From an uncultured Spirochaetota bacterium (GTDB lineage Bacteria; Spirochaetota; Spirochaetia; SZUA-6; Fen-1364): a stretch of DNA of 64,000 nt. This document shows positions 44,845 through 54,950 of this stretch, piece by piece. Both the position numbers and the translations under genes were made by a program. The stretch is taken from NCBI GenBank assembly GCA_963781885.1, contig CAWAHW010000001.1, positions 576,001 through 640,000 on the forward strand, given 5' to 3'. The stretch's first letter is position 1. Each line of letters opens with the position of its first letter. The notes under the pieces were generated by a model. The model searched no databases. It saw only the letters and a list, made by a program, of their open reading frames with translations, and was not told the DNA's origin.

Positions 44845-46071
44845 ATGTTGAATTCCCTGGTCCAGGTCTTTCGGAGAAATCTCCGTTCCTACATCCTGAT
44901 CATCGCCTTGGCGGTCATCTGGCTTGCCTTCGGGATCTCAGCTCCCAACTATTGGTCGGGGGATCAGATCCAGAACATTCTGAGCCAGATGGCGATCATT
45001 GCCATCATGGCCACCGGCATGGTGTTCGTCATCGTGACGGGCGGCATCGACCTCTCCGTGGGATACGGCGCCGGCTTCGTCTCGGTCGTTGCCGCGGCCC
45101 TTCTGTACTACGGGATCGTGGAAAGGCCCATTCACGCCCTTTTCCCGGGCATCGACACGCTCACACTCGAGGTGCTCACCGCGGTCATGACCGTCCTCAT
45201 CTGCATGGCTCTCGGTGTCGCGATGGGCATTTTCCAGGGCGGCATCATCGCTTATCTCGGCGTGCCGCCATTCATTGTCACGCTCGGCGGCCTCTATATC
45301 TTCAAGTCGGGAATCCTCCTTGTCACCCAGGGAAAGTCGCTGTTCATCTCCTCCAACGACACCTACAAATTCATTGCCCAGGGGTTGATCCCCCCATTGC
45401 CCGGGTTTGTCATAGCCATTCTCGTTGCCGTCGCCCTTTTTGTGTTCGTCTTTATCGGCCGGGCGCGCAAGCAGAAATACGGCATCGAGACCGGCTCCCT
45501 TATCCTGGATCTCGTGAAGGCGGCCATCTTCTCGATCCTGATCTTCGGCTACGTCATCATCGTCAACCGCACATTCGATCCCACCTCGGACCCCAACCAA
45601 CGCGGAGTGCCATTCCTCGTGCTCATCCTCGCCGTGATCGTGGTGCTGATGAGCTATGTCTCCAACAACACGCGTTTCGGTCGCTACGCCTACGCAATCG
45701 GCGGCAACAGGGAAGCGGCGCGGCTCTCGGGCATCAACATCAAGAAGTCCATCTTCCTGATCTTCGTCACCATGGGCGCCCTCATGGGCGTGTCGGGTAT
45801 CGCGCTGGCGGCATATGTCGGCTCGGGCACGACAGCCGCAGGCCAGAGCTATGAGCTGGACGTCATCGCGAGCTGTATCCTCGGCGGCACCTCGACGCTC
45901 GGTGGTGAAGGCACGGTGTTCGGCGCCATTGTCGGCGCGCTGATCCTCCAGTCGCTGCTGAACGGCCTCCAGATGATGAACGTGAACTCCAACGTGCAGT
46001 ACCTCATCCGCGGTCTCGTGCTCATCCTCGCGGTTTGGGCAGACATCGCGCTGAAGAAGAAGAAGGTGTAG
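44845..46071 (+). CDS. xylH: monosaccharide ABC permease
   Basis: GGIDLSVG, PPFIVTLGG, YAIGGNREAARLSGI, YELDVIASCILGGTS. Confidence 0.85.
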   Translation: MLNSLVQVFRRNLRSYILIIALAVIWLAFGISAPNYWSGDQIQNILSQMAIIAIMATGMVFVIVTGGIDLSVGYGAGFVSVVAAALLYYGIVERPIHALFPGIDTLTLEVLTAVMTVLICMALGVAMGIFQGGIIAYLGVPPFIVTLGGLYIFKSGILLVTQGKSLFISSNDTYKFIAQGLIPPLPGFVIAILVAVALFVFVFIGRARKQKYGIETGSLILDLVKAAIFSILIFGYVIIVNRTFDPTSDPNQRGVPFLVLILAVIVVLMSYVSNNTRFGRYAYAIGGNREAARLSGINIKKSIFLIFVTMGALMGVSGIALAAYVGSGTTAAGQSYELDVIASCILGGTSTLGGEGTVFGAIVGALILQSLLNGLQMMNVNSNVQYLIRGLVLILAVWADIALKKKKV

Positions 46072-46203
46072 CCAGGGATGCGAGCGCCGAACGGCGACCG
46101 AGGGCGCTGCCGCTCCTGGCGGAGTTGGATGGCCGGACAGCGAGAGCCCGAAGCGCAGGGCACGCGCAAGCGCGGTAGGGGATCACGTGCGCGAGGACGA
46201 CAC

Positions 46204-46237
46204 ACAACGGGGGCCCCACGGCCCCCGTTGTCGTTTC
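46204..46237 (+). terminator. 12-bp-stem hairpin, probable intrinsic terminator
   Basis: ACAACGGGGGCC-ccac-GGCCCCCGTTGT followed by cgttt. Confidence 0.6.
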
Positions 46238-46279
46238 CAGACCCCTGTTCCCTCCGTATATTGATGACAGGAGGAGAAG

Positions 46280-46999
46280 GTGGCGGTGCCGCAGCGTGCG
46301 CTCATCATCGAGGACGACCAGGACATCGCGGAAGTCGTGGAGATGAACCTCCGCGACCTCGGCCTGGAAACCGAACGGGCCGCGGACGGCCGGGCGGGCC
46401 TGCAGAAAGCGCTGGAACGGCCGTACGCGCTGATCGTCCTGGACCTGATGCTGCCGAAGCTGGACGGGCTTTCCGTCTGCACGCGCATCCGCGAAAAAAG
46501 CCCCGCCACCCCCATCCTCATGCTCACGGCCAAGGCGGAAGAGATCGACCGCGTGCTCGGTCTGGAGATGGGGGCCGATGACTACGTGACGAAGCCCTTC
46601 AGCATTCGCGAGCTGGTGGCGCGCGTGAAGGCGCTCCTGCGCCGCGTCCAGGTGGACCGCGACGCCGCGGCCCCGCCCGCTGATGGGACGGTGGAGGTGG
46701 GCGACATCGCCCTGGACCTCACGAAGCGGCGCGTGACCCGCTCCGGAGCGCCCCTGGCACTCACCGTGAAGGAGTTCGATCTCCTGGCGCTGCTCGTCCG
46801 CAACCCCGGACGGACCTACAGCCGCGCCGACCTGCTCAACCTCGTCTGGGGCTACCAGTTCGAAGGCTACGAGCACACGGTGAATTCGCACATCAATCGC
46901 CTGCGCGCGAAGATCGAAAACGACCCCGGGCATCCGCGCTACCTCCAGACGGTCTGGGGCATCGGCTACCGGTTCTCCGAGCCGGGAGAGCTCGCCTGA
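46280..46999 (+). CDS. OmpR-family response regulator
   Basis: LIIEDD, LDLMLP, GADDYVTKPF, HTVNSHINRLRAKIE, TVWGIGY. Confidence 0.93.
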   Translation: MAVPQRALIIEDDQDIAEVVEMNLRDLGLETERAADGRAGLQKALERPYALIVLDLMLPKLDGLSVCTRIREKSPATPILMLTAKAEEIDRVLGLEMGADDYVTKPFSIRELVARVKALLRRVQVDRDAAAPPADGTVEVGDIALDLTKRRVTRSGAPLALTVKEFDLLALLVRNPGRTYSRADLLNLVWGYQFEGYEHTVNSHINRLRAKIENDPGHPRYLQTVWGIGYRFSEPGELA

Positions 47000-48465
47000 T
47001 GCGGGGTCCGTTCGGCTCTTTCTACGGGCGGCTTTCCACCATTTTTCTCCTCCTCATCCTCGCACTGGGCGGCGGCTGCATCTCCATTGCGTTTCGCTCC
47101 GCCTCACTCCTGTTCGACGACGTGGAGCAGCTCCTGAACAGGGGATACGCGAGAAGCATCGCGGAAGAAATCGCGCCGATCGTCGCGGGGGGATTCTCCG
47201 AAGAGAAGCTGAAGAGCGCCATCCACTACATGATGGTCCTCAATCCCATGGTGGAGATCTATCTCCTCGATGCGCAGGGCAAGATCCTGGCCTACTTCCT
47301 GAACCCGTCGGAGGCCATCGCGCGGGACCGGGTCGACCTCGCGCCGGTCCGCGCCTTCGTCTCGGGAGAGGGCACGCGGCTCACCCTGGGCCCCGATCCC
47401 CGCAGCGCCAGCCGCAGCCGCCCCTTTTCCGCGGCCACGGTGCGCATGGGCAGTGAGATGGGCTACGTCTACATCATCCTGGGCGGCGAGCGCTATGACG
47501 CCTCCCTCCGCATGATCCGCGACAGCTACTACCTGCGCACCGGTTTCATCGCGTTCCTCCTTGCGCTCGCCGCGACGCTCATCATCGGCCTCACGCTCTT
47601 CTCCCTGCTGACGCGGCGCCTCACCTCCCTGAGCGACGCGGTGCGCGGTTTCGAGCGCGGCGATCTTGGCCGACGCGTGGTGGTGAAGGGAAGGGACGAG
47701 CTGGGCGCCCTTGCGCGGAGCTTCAATGACATGGCGGCCACCATCGAGGCGGACGTCGACAGGCTGCGCGCGGAGGAGAACGTGCGCCGCGACCTTATCG
47801 GCAACATCTCCCACGACCTCCGCAGTCCCCTCACCTCGCTCCAGGGCTACCTGGAAACGTTGGCGTTGAAAGAGGGGACGCTTTCTCCCGAGGAGAGGAA
47901 GCGCCTCCTGTCGATCAGCCTGAAGAACGCGGAAAGCCTCCAGCGTCTCGTGGAGCAGCTCCTGGAGCTGGCAAAGCTCGACGCGCGCCAGGTCGATCTG
48001 GCCCGGGAGCCCATCCCGCTTGCAGAGCTTGCCCAGGACGTGGCGCTGAAGCTTGCGCCGCAGGCCGAGCGCGCGCGAGTTTCCCTCACGGTCGAGGCGC
48101 CCGGGGACCTTCCCCTGGTCTCCTGCGACGTGGGCATGATCGAGCGGGTGCTCACGAACCTGATGGAGAACGCGCTCCACTTCACACCGGAAGGCGGCAG
48201 CGTCCGCGTGACACTCGACGCCGCGTCCGGCGGCGTGCGCGTCGCGGTGGCCGATACCGGCGCGGGCATCGACGCGGAGGATCTGCCCCACGTCTTCGAG
48301 CGATTCTACCGGGCCGACAAGAGCCGCAACCGGAGGACCGGCGGCGCCGGCCTCGGGCTCGCCATCGCCCGGCAGATCGTGGAGCTGCACGGCGGGTCTC
48401 TTGCGGTGGAAAGCAGCCCCGGCAAGGGGGCGACCTTCACATTCGGTCTGGCCGCGGCACGCTAA
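46999..48465 (+). CDS. HAMP sensor histidine kinase
   Basis: 2 TM, HAMP, SHDLRSPL, NALHF, DTGAG, FERFYR, GAGLGL. Confidence 0.92.
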   Translation: MRGPFGSFYGRLSTIFLLLILALGGGCISIAFRSASLLFDDVEQLLNRGYARSIAEEIAPIVAGGFSEEKLKSAIHYMMVLNPMVEIYLLDAQGKILAYFLNPSEAIARDRVDLAPVRAFVSGEGTRLTLGPDPRSASRSRPFSAATVRMGSEMGYVYIILGGERYDASLRMIRDSYYLRTGFIAFLLALAATLIIGLTLFSLLTRRLTSLSDAVRGFERGDLGRRVVVKGRDELGALARSFNDMAATIEADVDRLRAEENVRRDLIGNISHDLRSPLTSLQGYLETLALKEGTLSPEERKRLLSISLKNAESLQRLVEQLLELAKLDARQVDLAREPIPLAELAQDVALKLAPQAERARVSLTVEAPGDLPLVSCDVGMIERVLTNLMENALHFTPEGGSVRVTLDAASGGVRVAVADTGAGIDAEDLPHVFERFYRADKSRNRRTGGAGLGLAIARQIVELHGGSLAVESSPGKGATFTFGLAAAR

Positions 48466-48520
48466 AGGCGGCCGCGCGCCGCTGACTAAGCGCCCCGCCG
48501 CTTCGACCCTGCCTGAAGGG

Positions 48521-48569
48521 TGTGATCCTTTGTCCGCCGTTTTGTGACACTTTCGTGACCACGCGTGAG
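48521..48569 (+). promoter_or_regulatory. GTGA(C) direct repeats at ~11-bp phase, candidate OmpR-type boxes
   Basis: GTGA at 48522, 48544, 48555 and 48565. Confidence 0.45.
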
Positions 48570-48623
48570 TATTTTCTCCTCCAGACGGCATGGTCCACGG
48601 ACGCGTGCCGAAAGGAGAAATCG

Positions 48624-49106
48624 ATGAGACGCACACTGGTGCTATTGTTTTTCGCCGCGACCGCGGCTGTATTCGGACAGAGCATGATGATGAAAACGGC
48701 AGCTTCCGGCGGCGGGACGGGTTCGATGATGTCGTCCAACACCCCGACAGCGGATCCCGCCATGGGCAGCGCGCTGCGCATGGCGACAAGCGCTGCCCAC
48801 AAGATCGCCTACACGAACCTCGCCGCCGCGGAGGCTCTCGCCGCGCAGTCACCCGTCGTGCTTTTCTTCGCCGCGGACTGGTGCCCGTACTGCCAGGCTG
48901 ACATGAAGGACATCAACACGAATGGCGGCCGGCTGGGCACGGTCGCGATCGTCGTGGTGGATTACGACAAGGAAAAGGCGCTGGAGTCGCAATACGGCGT
49001 TTCCGTCCAGGACACGTTCGTCCAGATCGACGCAAAGGGAATGAAGCTCGGCGCGTGGAACGGCGGCGGGGTCGACATGATCATGAAGCGCGTCGTGCGG
49101 TCATAG
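48624..49106 (+). CDS. exported thioredoxin-family protein with Met-rich N-terminus
   Basis: RBS AAGGAG, signal peptide, QSMMMK...SMMSS..., FFAADWCPYC. Confidence 0.85.
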   Translation: MRRTLVLLFFAATAAVFGQSMMMKTAASGGGTGSMMSSNTPTADPAMGSALRMATSAAHKIAYTNLAAAEALAAQSPVVLFFAADWCPYCQADMKDINTNGGRLGTVAIVVVDYDKEKALESQYGVSVQDTFVQIDAKGMKLGAWNGGGVDMIMKRVVRS

Positions 49107-49115
49107 GGAGCGGCA

Positions 49116-50921
49116 ATGATCGTCCTGCTTGCATTTGCATTCGTCTCGGGGGTCATCACGATCCTTTCCCCCTGCATCCTGCCCGTGCTGCCGATCGTGC
49201 TTTCCGGCGGCGTCGGCGGCGGACGGGCCCGGCCCTTCGGTGTGCTTGCGGGCTTTGTCGTGAGCTTCACCGCCTTCACGCTGTCGCTGTCGGCGATCGT
49301 GCAGGCGCTGGGCATCCCCGTGGACGCCCTGCGCATCGTCGCGGTCGTCCTGATCCTTCTCTTCGGCGTGGTCATGCTCGTGCCCTGGCTGAGCGGCCGT
49401 TTCGAGATGCTCACCTCGCGGCTGGCAAGCCGCGGCAACAAGGCCGGGGCCGCCACGGCGGGAAAGACCGGTTGGGCCGGCTTCGGCGGCGGCGTGGTGG
49501 TCGGTCTGAGCCTCGGCCTGATCTGGACGCCGTGCGTCGGGCCGATCATGGCGTCGGTCATCAGCCTCGCCCTCACGCAGCACGTGGACGGCGGCTCGGT
49601 GTTCATCACCCTCGCCTACACCATCGGCACCTCGATCCCCATGCTCGGGGTCATGCTCGGCGGCCGCGCGCTCCTGGACAAGGTGCCGGGGCTCAAGAGG
49701 CACGCATCGGGCATCCAGAAGGGCTTCGGCGTGCTCATGATCGGCATGGCCGTCGTCATCGGTCTTGGATGGGACCGGCAGTTCCAGTCGGCGGTGCTGC
49801 GCGCATTCCCCCAGTACGGCACCGGGCTCACGGCAATCGAAAAGGCGGCGCCGGTGCAGTCGGCGCTGAAGACGCGTCAGCCGACGGCGCGGGCGTCGTC
49901 GGGCCAGACCGCCGCCGGCGTCTTCTCCGCGCCCGAGACGGCACCCGACAACGGGATGCTGGGCAACTACGGCGCGGCACCGGATTTCGTGACGAATGGC
50001 ACCTGGTTCAATACGGAGGGGCTCTCCCCGACGGAAGGCCAGATGGCGCAGGGCGGCTCCATGCCCCTGACCCTCGAGTCGCTGCGCGGCAAGGTCGTGC
50101 TGGTGGACTTCTGGACCTACAGCTGCGTGAACTGCGTGCGGACGCTGCCGTACCTGAAGGCGTGGTACGACGCCTACCGCGACAAGGGGCTCGTGATCGT
50201 CGGCGTCCACACGCCCGAGTTCGAATTCGAAAAGAGCACGGCGAACGTCGGCCGGGCCATCCACGATCTGGGCGTGAGCTGGCCCGTCGTGCAGGACAAC
50301 GACTACAAGCAGTGGATGGCATTCGCCAACCAGTACTGGCCCGCCCACTACTTCATCGACGCGAAGGGCCAGGTGCGGTATTTCCACTTCGGCGAGGGCG
50401 AGTACGACGTCTCGGAAAAGGTCATCCAGGAGCTGCTGAAGGAAGCCGGCGCCAACGTGGGCGGCATCGTGTCGAAGCCCGCGCCCGTTCTGCAGACGAT
50501 GACACCCGAAACCTACCTCGGCTACGACCGCGCCCGGGGCTTCGCCTCCGCCGTGAACCCCGTTGCGGACGCGGTGGTCGATTACAAGCCGGCGCGCGTG
50601 CCCGGCAACGGCGAATGGAACCTTGCCGGGAAGTGGACCATCACGCCGCAGTATGTGCGCCCCGACGCGTCCGGCACGCTGGAGCTGGGCTTCGATGCCC
50701 GCAACGTGTACCTCGTGATCGAGCCCGAAGCTCCCGGGGGAAGCATCTCCGTCTTTGTCGACGACAAGCCGAACGCGGACACCCCGGACGTGAAAACGGG
50801 AACGCTCGCTCCCCGGGAGAGCAGGATGTACCAGCTCGTGGGGCTCGAAGCCGCCGGGAGCCACGTCCTGCGCCTGGAGGTCAAGGGCAAGCTTCGTCTC
50901 TTTGCCTTTACATTCGGATGA
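49116..50921 (+). CDS. dipZ: DipZ: CcdA/DsbD membrane domain + redoxin + C-terminal domain
   Basis: [47 protein letters not shown]. Confidence 0.88.
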   Translation: MIVLLAFAFVSGVITILSPCILPVLPIVLSGGVGGGRARPFGVLAGFVVSFTAFTLSLSAIVQALGIPVDALRIVAVVLILLFGVVMLVPWLSGRFEMLTSRLASRGNKAGAATAGKTGWAGFGGGVVVGLSLGLIWTPCVGPIMASVISLALTQHVDGGSVFITLAYTIGTSIPMLGVMLGGRALLDKVPGLKRHASGIQKGFGVLMIGMAVVIGLGWDRQFQSAVLRAFPQYGTGLTAIEKAAPVQSALKTRQPTARASSGQTAAGVFSAPETAPDNGMLGNYGAAPDFVTNGTWFNTEGLSPTEGQMAQGGSMPLTLESLRGKVVLVDFWTYSCVNCVRTLPYLKAWYDAYRDKGLVIVGVHTPEFEFEKSTANVGRAIHDLGVSWPVVQDNDYKQWMAFANQYWPAHYFIDAKGQVRYFHFGEGEYDVSEKVIQELLKEAGANVGGIVSKPAPVLQTMTPETYLGYDRARGFASAVNPVADAVVDYKPARVPGNGEWNLAGKWTITPQYVRPDASGTLELGFDARNVYLVIEPEAPGGSISVFVDDKPNADTPDVKTGTLAPRESRMYQLVGLEAAGSHVLRLEVKGKLRLFAFTFG

Positions 50922-50946
50922 GGAATTCTTTTCAGGAGGTTATGCG

Positions 50947-52023
50947 ATGAGGAAAATCATCGTTTTGATTCTTGCATGCGCGGCGGTATCGTTCGCAGGG
51001 GCGGCGCCCCTGGTCCCTGCCGGCACGCCGCAGACGGCGTTGTTTGCGGGTGGCTGTTTCTGGAGCATGCAGGCGGCGTTTGAAAAGGTCTATGGCGTGA
51101 TCACCGCGGTCTCCGGCTACACGGGCGGCAGGAACAAGAAGCCGACCTACAGCAACTACGCGGAGAACGGCCACCTGGAGGCGGTGCTCGTGACGTGGGA
51201 CCCCGCGCGCGTGAGCTACAATGACCTGCTCGATGCCTACTGGCATCATACGGACCCCACCGATGCCGGCGGGCAGTTCGTGGACCGCGGGCCCCAGTAC
51301 CGGCCCATCGTCTATTACATGAACGACCAGCAGAAGGCCCAGGCAGAGGCGTCGAGGACCGCGCTTGCGAAGTCGGGGAAGCTTCCCCGTCCCGTGGTCA
51401 CCGACATCCAGAAGGCGGGAGACTTCTACGCGGCGGAAACCTATCACCAGGATTACCCGAAGAAGAACCCCGACAACTACGCGTTCTACTATGATAACTC
51501 CGGCCGTCCTCAGTTCTTTGCAAAGACATGGGGTGACGCCGCGAATACGGACCCGGCGGCGCCACCGGCGCAGGGCGCCTCCTGGACGAAACCTGCCACC
51601 GACCAGCTCAAAAAGATGCTCAGTCCCATGCAGTTCGATGTCACCCAGCATGAGGGCACGGAGCCCGCGTTCGACAACGAGTACTGGAACAACGAGCAGG
51701 ATGGCATCTACGTGGACATCGTCTCTGGTGAGCCGCTGTTCAGCTCCACGGACAAGTTCGATTCGGGCACCGGCTGGCCGAGCTTCACGCGCCCGCTCGT
51801 GCCCAGCAATGTCGTGCTGCACGAGGACAGGAGCTTCGGCATGACGCGCACGGAGGTGAAGAGCAGGTACGCCGGCTCCCACCTCGGGCACCTCTTCGAC
51901 GACGGGCCCGCGCCCACGGGGCTGCGCTATTGCATGGATTCCGCGTCCCTGCGCTTCATCCCCGTGGCGGATATGCAGAAGGACGGCTACGGCCAGTATC
52001 TGAAGCTTTTCGCGAAGGAGTAA
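50947..52023 (+). CDS. msrAB: exported bifunctional peptide methionine sulfoxide reductase MsrA-MsrB
   Basis: signal peptide, [22 protein letters not shown]; GWPSF, HLGHLF, RYCMDS. Confidence 0.92.
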   Translation: MRKIIVLILACAAVSFAGAAPLVPAGTPQTALFAGGCFWSMQAAFEKVYGVITAVSGYTGGRNKKPTYSNYAENGHLEAVLVTWDPARVSYNDLLDAYWHHTDPTDAGGQFVDRGPQYRPIVYYMNDQQKAQAEASRTALAKSGKLPRPVVTDIQKAGDFYAAETYHQDYPKKNPDNYAFYYDNSGRPQFFAKTWGDAANTDPAAPPAQGASWTKPATDQLKKMLSPMQFDVTQHEGTEPAFDNEYWNNEQDGIYVDIVSGEPLFSSTDKFDSGTGWPSFTRPLVPSNVVLHEDRSFGMTRTEVKSRYAGSHLGHLFDDGPAPTGLRYCMDSASLRFIPVADMQKDGYGQYLKLFAKE

Positions 52024-52031
52024 GTCCGACA

Positions 52032-52062
52032 CGCGTCGCACGCCCGTGCGACGCGCTTTTTT
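52032..52062 (+). terminator. intrinsic terminator after msrAB
   Basis: CGCGTCGCAC-gccc-GTGCGACGCG followed by cTTTTTT. Confidence 0.75.
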
Positions 52063-52064
52063 CC

Positions 52065-53094
52065 TCAATACGTCAGCAGGACCTTGATCGCCTCCGCCAT
52101 TTTCGTGTCAAGGAGCGCGTACGCGGCGGGCGCATCCGCGTAGGGGAACCGGTGGGTGACCATCGGCGCCGTGTGGAGCCTTCCTGTCTCCAGAAGGTGG
52201 ATCGCGGTCCGCTCGATCCTTGGAAGATCCCAGAGCGGGGCGGAGCGATGGGAGCAGCCCCATACCGCCATGCTCGATCGCATTGTGACGCGGTTGTGGT
52301 GCCATTCGGCGCCAAGAGCGAGCGGCCCGTCGTCCTTGTAGTAGCTCGCGGCCACGACAAGGCCTTCCCTCTGGACGCATCTGATCGCCTGCTGAAGCCC
52401 GGAGACCGAACCGGATATTTCGATTGCGACGTCGGCGCCTTTTTTCCCGGTCATGTCCTTGATGGCCAGGGCGGCGTCCCCGCTGGAAGGGGTCGATGGT
52501 GCGGTCGGCGCCGAATCTTTTCGCCATGTCGCGCCGCTTGGGCAGCGCGTCCACCGCCACGACCGTCTCCGCGCCGCTCATCCGCGCGATCTGCACCGCG
52601 AGGAGACCGATGACGCCCATTCCGAAGATCGCCACATGATCCCCCACCTTGATCGCCGCGTCGTGCACGGACTGAAGCGCGAAAATGGCGGGATCCACGA
52701 AGACTTCCGTCTCGGGATCCATGCCGTCGGGAACGAGGTACAGCCCCGTCTCCGCGACGACGTTCGTGGGACGGTGGTGCATGCCGCCGTGCACCCGCTG
52801 TCCCGCGTGGAATCGGGTGACGGCGCTTCCCGTCTCCACCACCTCGCCGGCGAGCCAGGAGCCGAGCCTGCAGGGATACAGGGCATCGCCGTCGGCCGGA
52901 AGAAACAGGCGGTAGATCGGATCGAAACGGGCGGCGCGGAATGGCGTCGTCCCGCGATAGAGGGACATCTCGGTGCCGGTCTTGATCCCGCTCACGACGC
53001 TGCGGATGCGCACCTCGTGCGGCTTCAAGGCAGGCTCATCGTAGTCCTTGAAAGCGATCGTGCGGGGAGCCGTGACGATGAATTCCCTGGGCAT
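52065..53094 (-). CDS. MDR (zinc-type) alcohol/sugar dehydrogenase; frameshift at ~52488
   Basis: SGIKTGTE, IFGMGVIG in frame 1; GADVAIEISG, MVTHRFP, IKVLL in frame 2. Confidence 0.82.
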
Positions 53095-53116
53095 GCTGTT
53101 CCTTTCCTTTCGACGA

Positions 53117-53962
53117 TCAACCCTTCACGGCCCCGGCCGTGAGCCCGCGTATGAACTGGCGCTGGAGAACGACGTAGACGACGATGATGGGAAAGGTCGC
53201 AATGGTGACCCCTCCGGCGATCAGCCCATAGTCCTGCGTATAGCGTCCCTGGAAGAACAGGAGCCCCAGCGCCAGGGGTCGCAGGTCCTCCCGCTGGAGA
53301 TAGAGCAATGGCATCAGGAACGCGTTCCATGTCCACATGAATTGGAAGACCGTCAGGGCGGAGACGGCAGGTCCCGTCAGGGGAAGCATCACCTTCAGGA
53401 ACAGCGAGAGCTCGTTGCAGCCGTCCACACGCGCCGCGTCGGCAAGCTCCCCCGGAAGCCCCCGAAAGAAAGCCTGCATGAGGAAGATGCCGAAGGGCAG
53501 ACCCAGGGCGGTGGCAGGAAGGATCATGGCCCAGTAGGTGCCCAGGATACGGAAGTCGCGGAGCATGTAGTAGAGCGGGATCATGATCGACTGGAACGGC
53601 ACCATCAGCCCGAGCAGAAAAAGGTACAGCAGGGGTGTCCTTCCCCTGAAGCGCAGGCGACCCAGGGCGTTGCCCGCCAGACACGAGAGTGCGACGACAC
53701 CGGCAACCGTGGGCAGCGTGACGATGAGCGTGTTGAGGAAGTAGCTGCGGAAACGACCCACGGTCCAGGCCCTGACAAGGTTGGCCAGTTTGATGCTCGT
53801 CGGCAGGGCAAAGGGATTGCGGAAGATCTCCGACGAATCCTTCAGCGCCGACGACCACATCCAGACGAAAGGCACGAGCGTGATGAGGAGAAAGAGGGAG
53901 AGCACGGCGTAGGTGCCCAGCCGACTCGGCACCTTCCTCCAGGGGAACCGTTTCCCGCTCAT
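53117..53962 (-). CDS. carbohydrate ABC permease (MalG-type)
   Basis: EAA loop ELADAARVDG, WNAFLMPL, C-terminal GLTAGAVKG. Confidence 0.92.
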   Translation of the reverse strand: MSGKRFPWRKVPSRLGTYAVLSLFLLITLVPFVWMWSSALKDSSEIFRNPFALPTSIKLANLVRAWTVGRFRSYFLNTLIVTLPTVAGVVALSCLAGNALGRLRFRGRTPLLYLFLLGLMVPFQSIMIPLYYMLRDFRILGTYWAMILPATALGLPFGIFLMQAFFRGLPGELADAARVDGCNELSLFLKVMLPLTGPAVSALTVFQFMWTWNAFLMPLLYLQREDLRPLALGLLFFQGRYTQDYGLIAGGVTIATFPIIVVYVVLQRQFIRGLTAGAVKG

Positions 53963-54864
53963 GCCGCGCTCCTCTCCCGCTGCCGCATGAAGATGATGGA
54001 GGCGACAAGGGAAAGAACGGTCATCACCACGGTGAGCGAGGCGCCATAGCCGACCTGATTTTCCACGAATGATTTCTTGTAGGAGTACGTGGCGATCAGC
54101 TCCGTGAGATTTGCAGGCCCTCCCTGGGTCATCACGAAGACGATGTCGAATACATTGAAGCCGCCGATCAGCGTGTACACGATGACCATGGTGAGGACGC
54201 TCTGGAGCTGGGGGAGCGTGACGTCGACGAACTGCCGCCATGCGCCGGCCCCGTCGAGCTTCGCGGCGTCATAGAGCTCGAGATCGGCGTTCTGGAGGCC
54301 CGCCAGCAGGATGACGAAGCAGAAGCCGAAGTAGCTCCATACCGCGGCGGCCAGGACGGCGTACAAGGCCCAGACCGGATCTCCCAGCCAGCCGCGGGTG
54401 AGAGAGGAGAGACCGACCGCGGTGAGCGCCTTGTTGAGGATTCCGAAGATCGGGCTGTAGATCCAGCCCCAGATGATCCCGATGACCACGGGGGAAAGCA
54501 CGTTCGGCATGAAGTAGGCCGTGCGGAAAAGCGTCCGCCCCCGTGTCGAGCCGGTCCAGAGCAGAACCGAGAGGAACAGGCCGATCGCCACGGGCGCGAT
54601 CGTGCCGATCACGACCCAGATCAGATTGTGCGACAGCGATTTCCACATCAGGGGATCGCCCACCAACCGCGCATAATTGGCGCCGCCGATGAAGCGCCGG
54701 ACCTGCTGCACGCCGTTCCAATCGGTGAAGCTGAGAAGAATGGAGCTCACGAAGGGGTAGAGGAAAAAGACCGCGTACAGCGCGAGAGCGGGCAGCACGA
54801 ACAGGTATCCCGCCGCGTTTCTGGTGATTACTCTCTCTACGGTGAGCCGGGAGAAACGCCGCAT
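53959..54864 (-). CDS. carbohydrate ABC permease (MalF-type)
   Basis: YLFVLPAL, LSFTDW, ELYDAAKLDGA, MTQGGP. Confidence 0.92.
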   Translation of the reverse strand: MRRFSRLTVERVITRNAAGYLFVLPALALYAVFFLYPFVSSILLSFTDWNGVQQVRRFIGGANYARLVGDPLMWKSLSHNLIWVVIGTIAPVAIGLFLSVLLWTGSTRGRTLFRTAYFMPNVLSPVVIGIIWGWIYSPIFGILNKALTAVGLSSLTRGWLGDPVWALYAVLAAAVWSYFGFCFVILLAGLQNADLELYDAAKLDGAGAWRQFVDVTLPQLQSVLTMVIVYTLIGGFNVFDIVFVMTQGGPANLTELIATYSYKKSFVENQVGYGASLTVVMTVLSLVASIIFMRQRERSAA

Positions 54865-54887
54865 GGGACGGAAGGCCTCCTTCAAAA

Positions 54888-54916
54888 GGCGGGAGGAGAT
54901 TCTCTCCCCTCCCGCC
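54888..54916 (-). other. intercistronic hairpin after the binding-protein gene
   Basis: GGCGGGAGG...CCTCCCGCC inverted repeat. Confidence 0.5.
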
Positions 54917-54950
54917 CACGAAATCCACGACGAGCGCGCCGATGCGGCTG

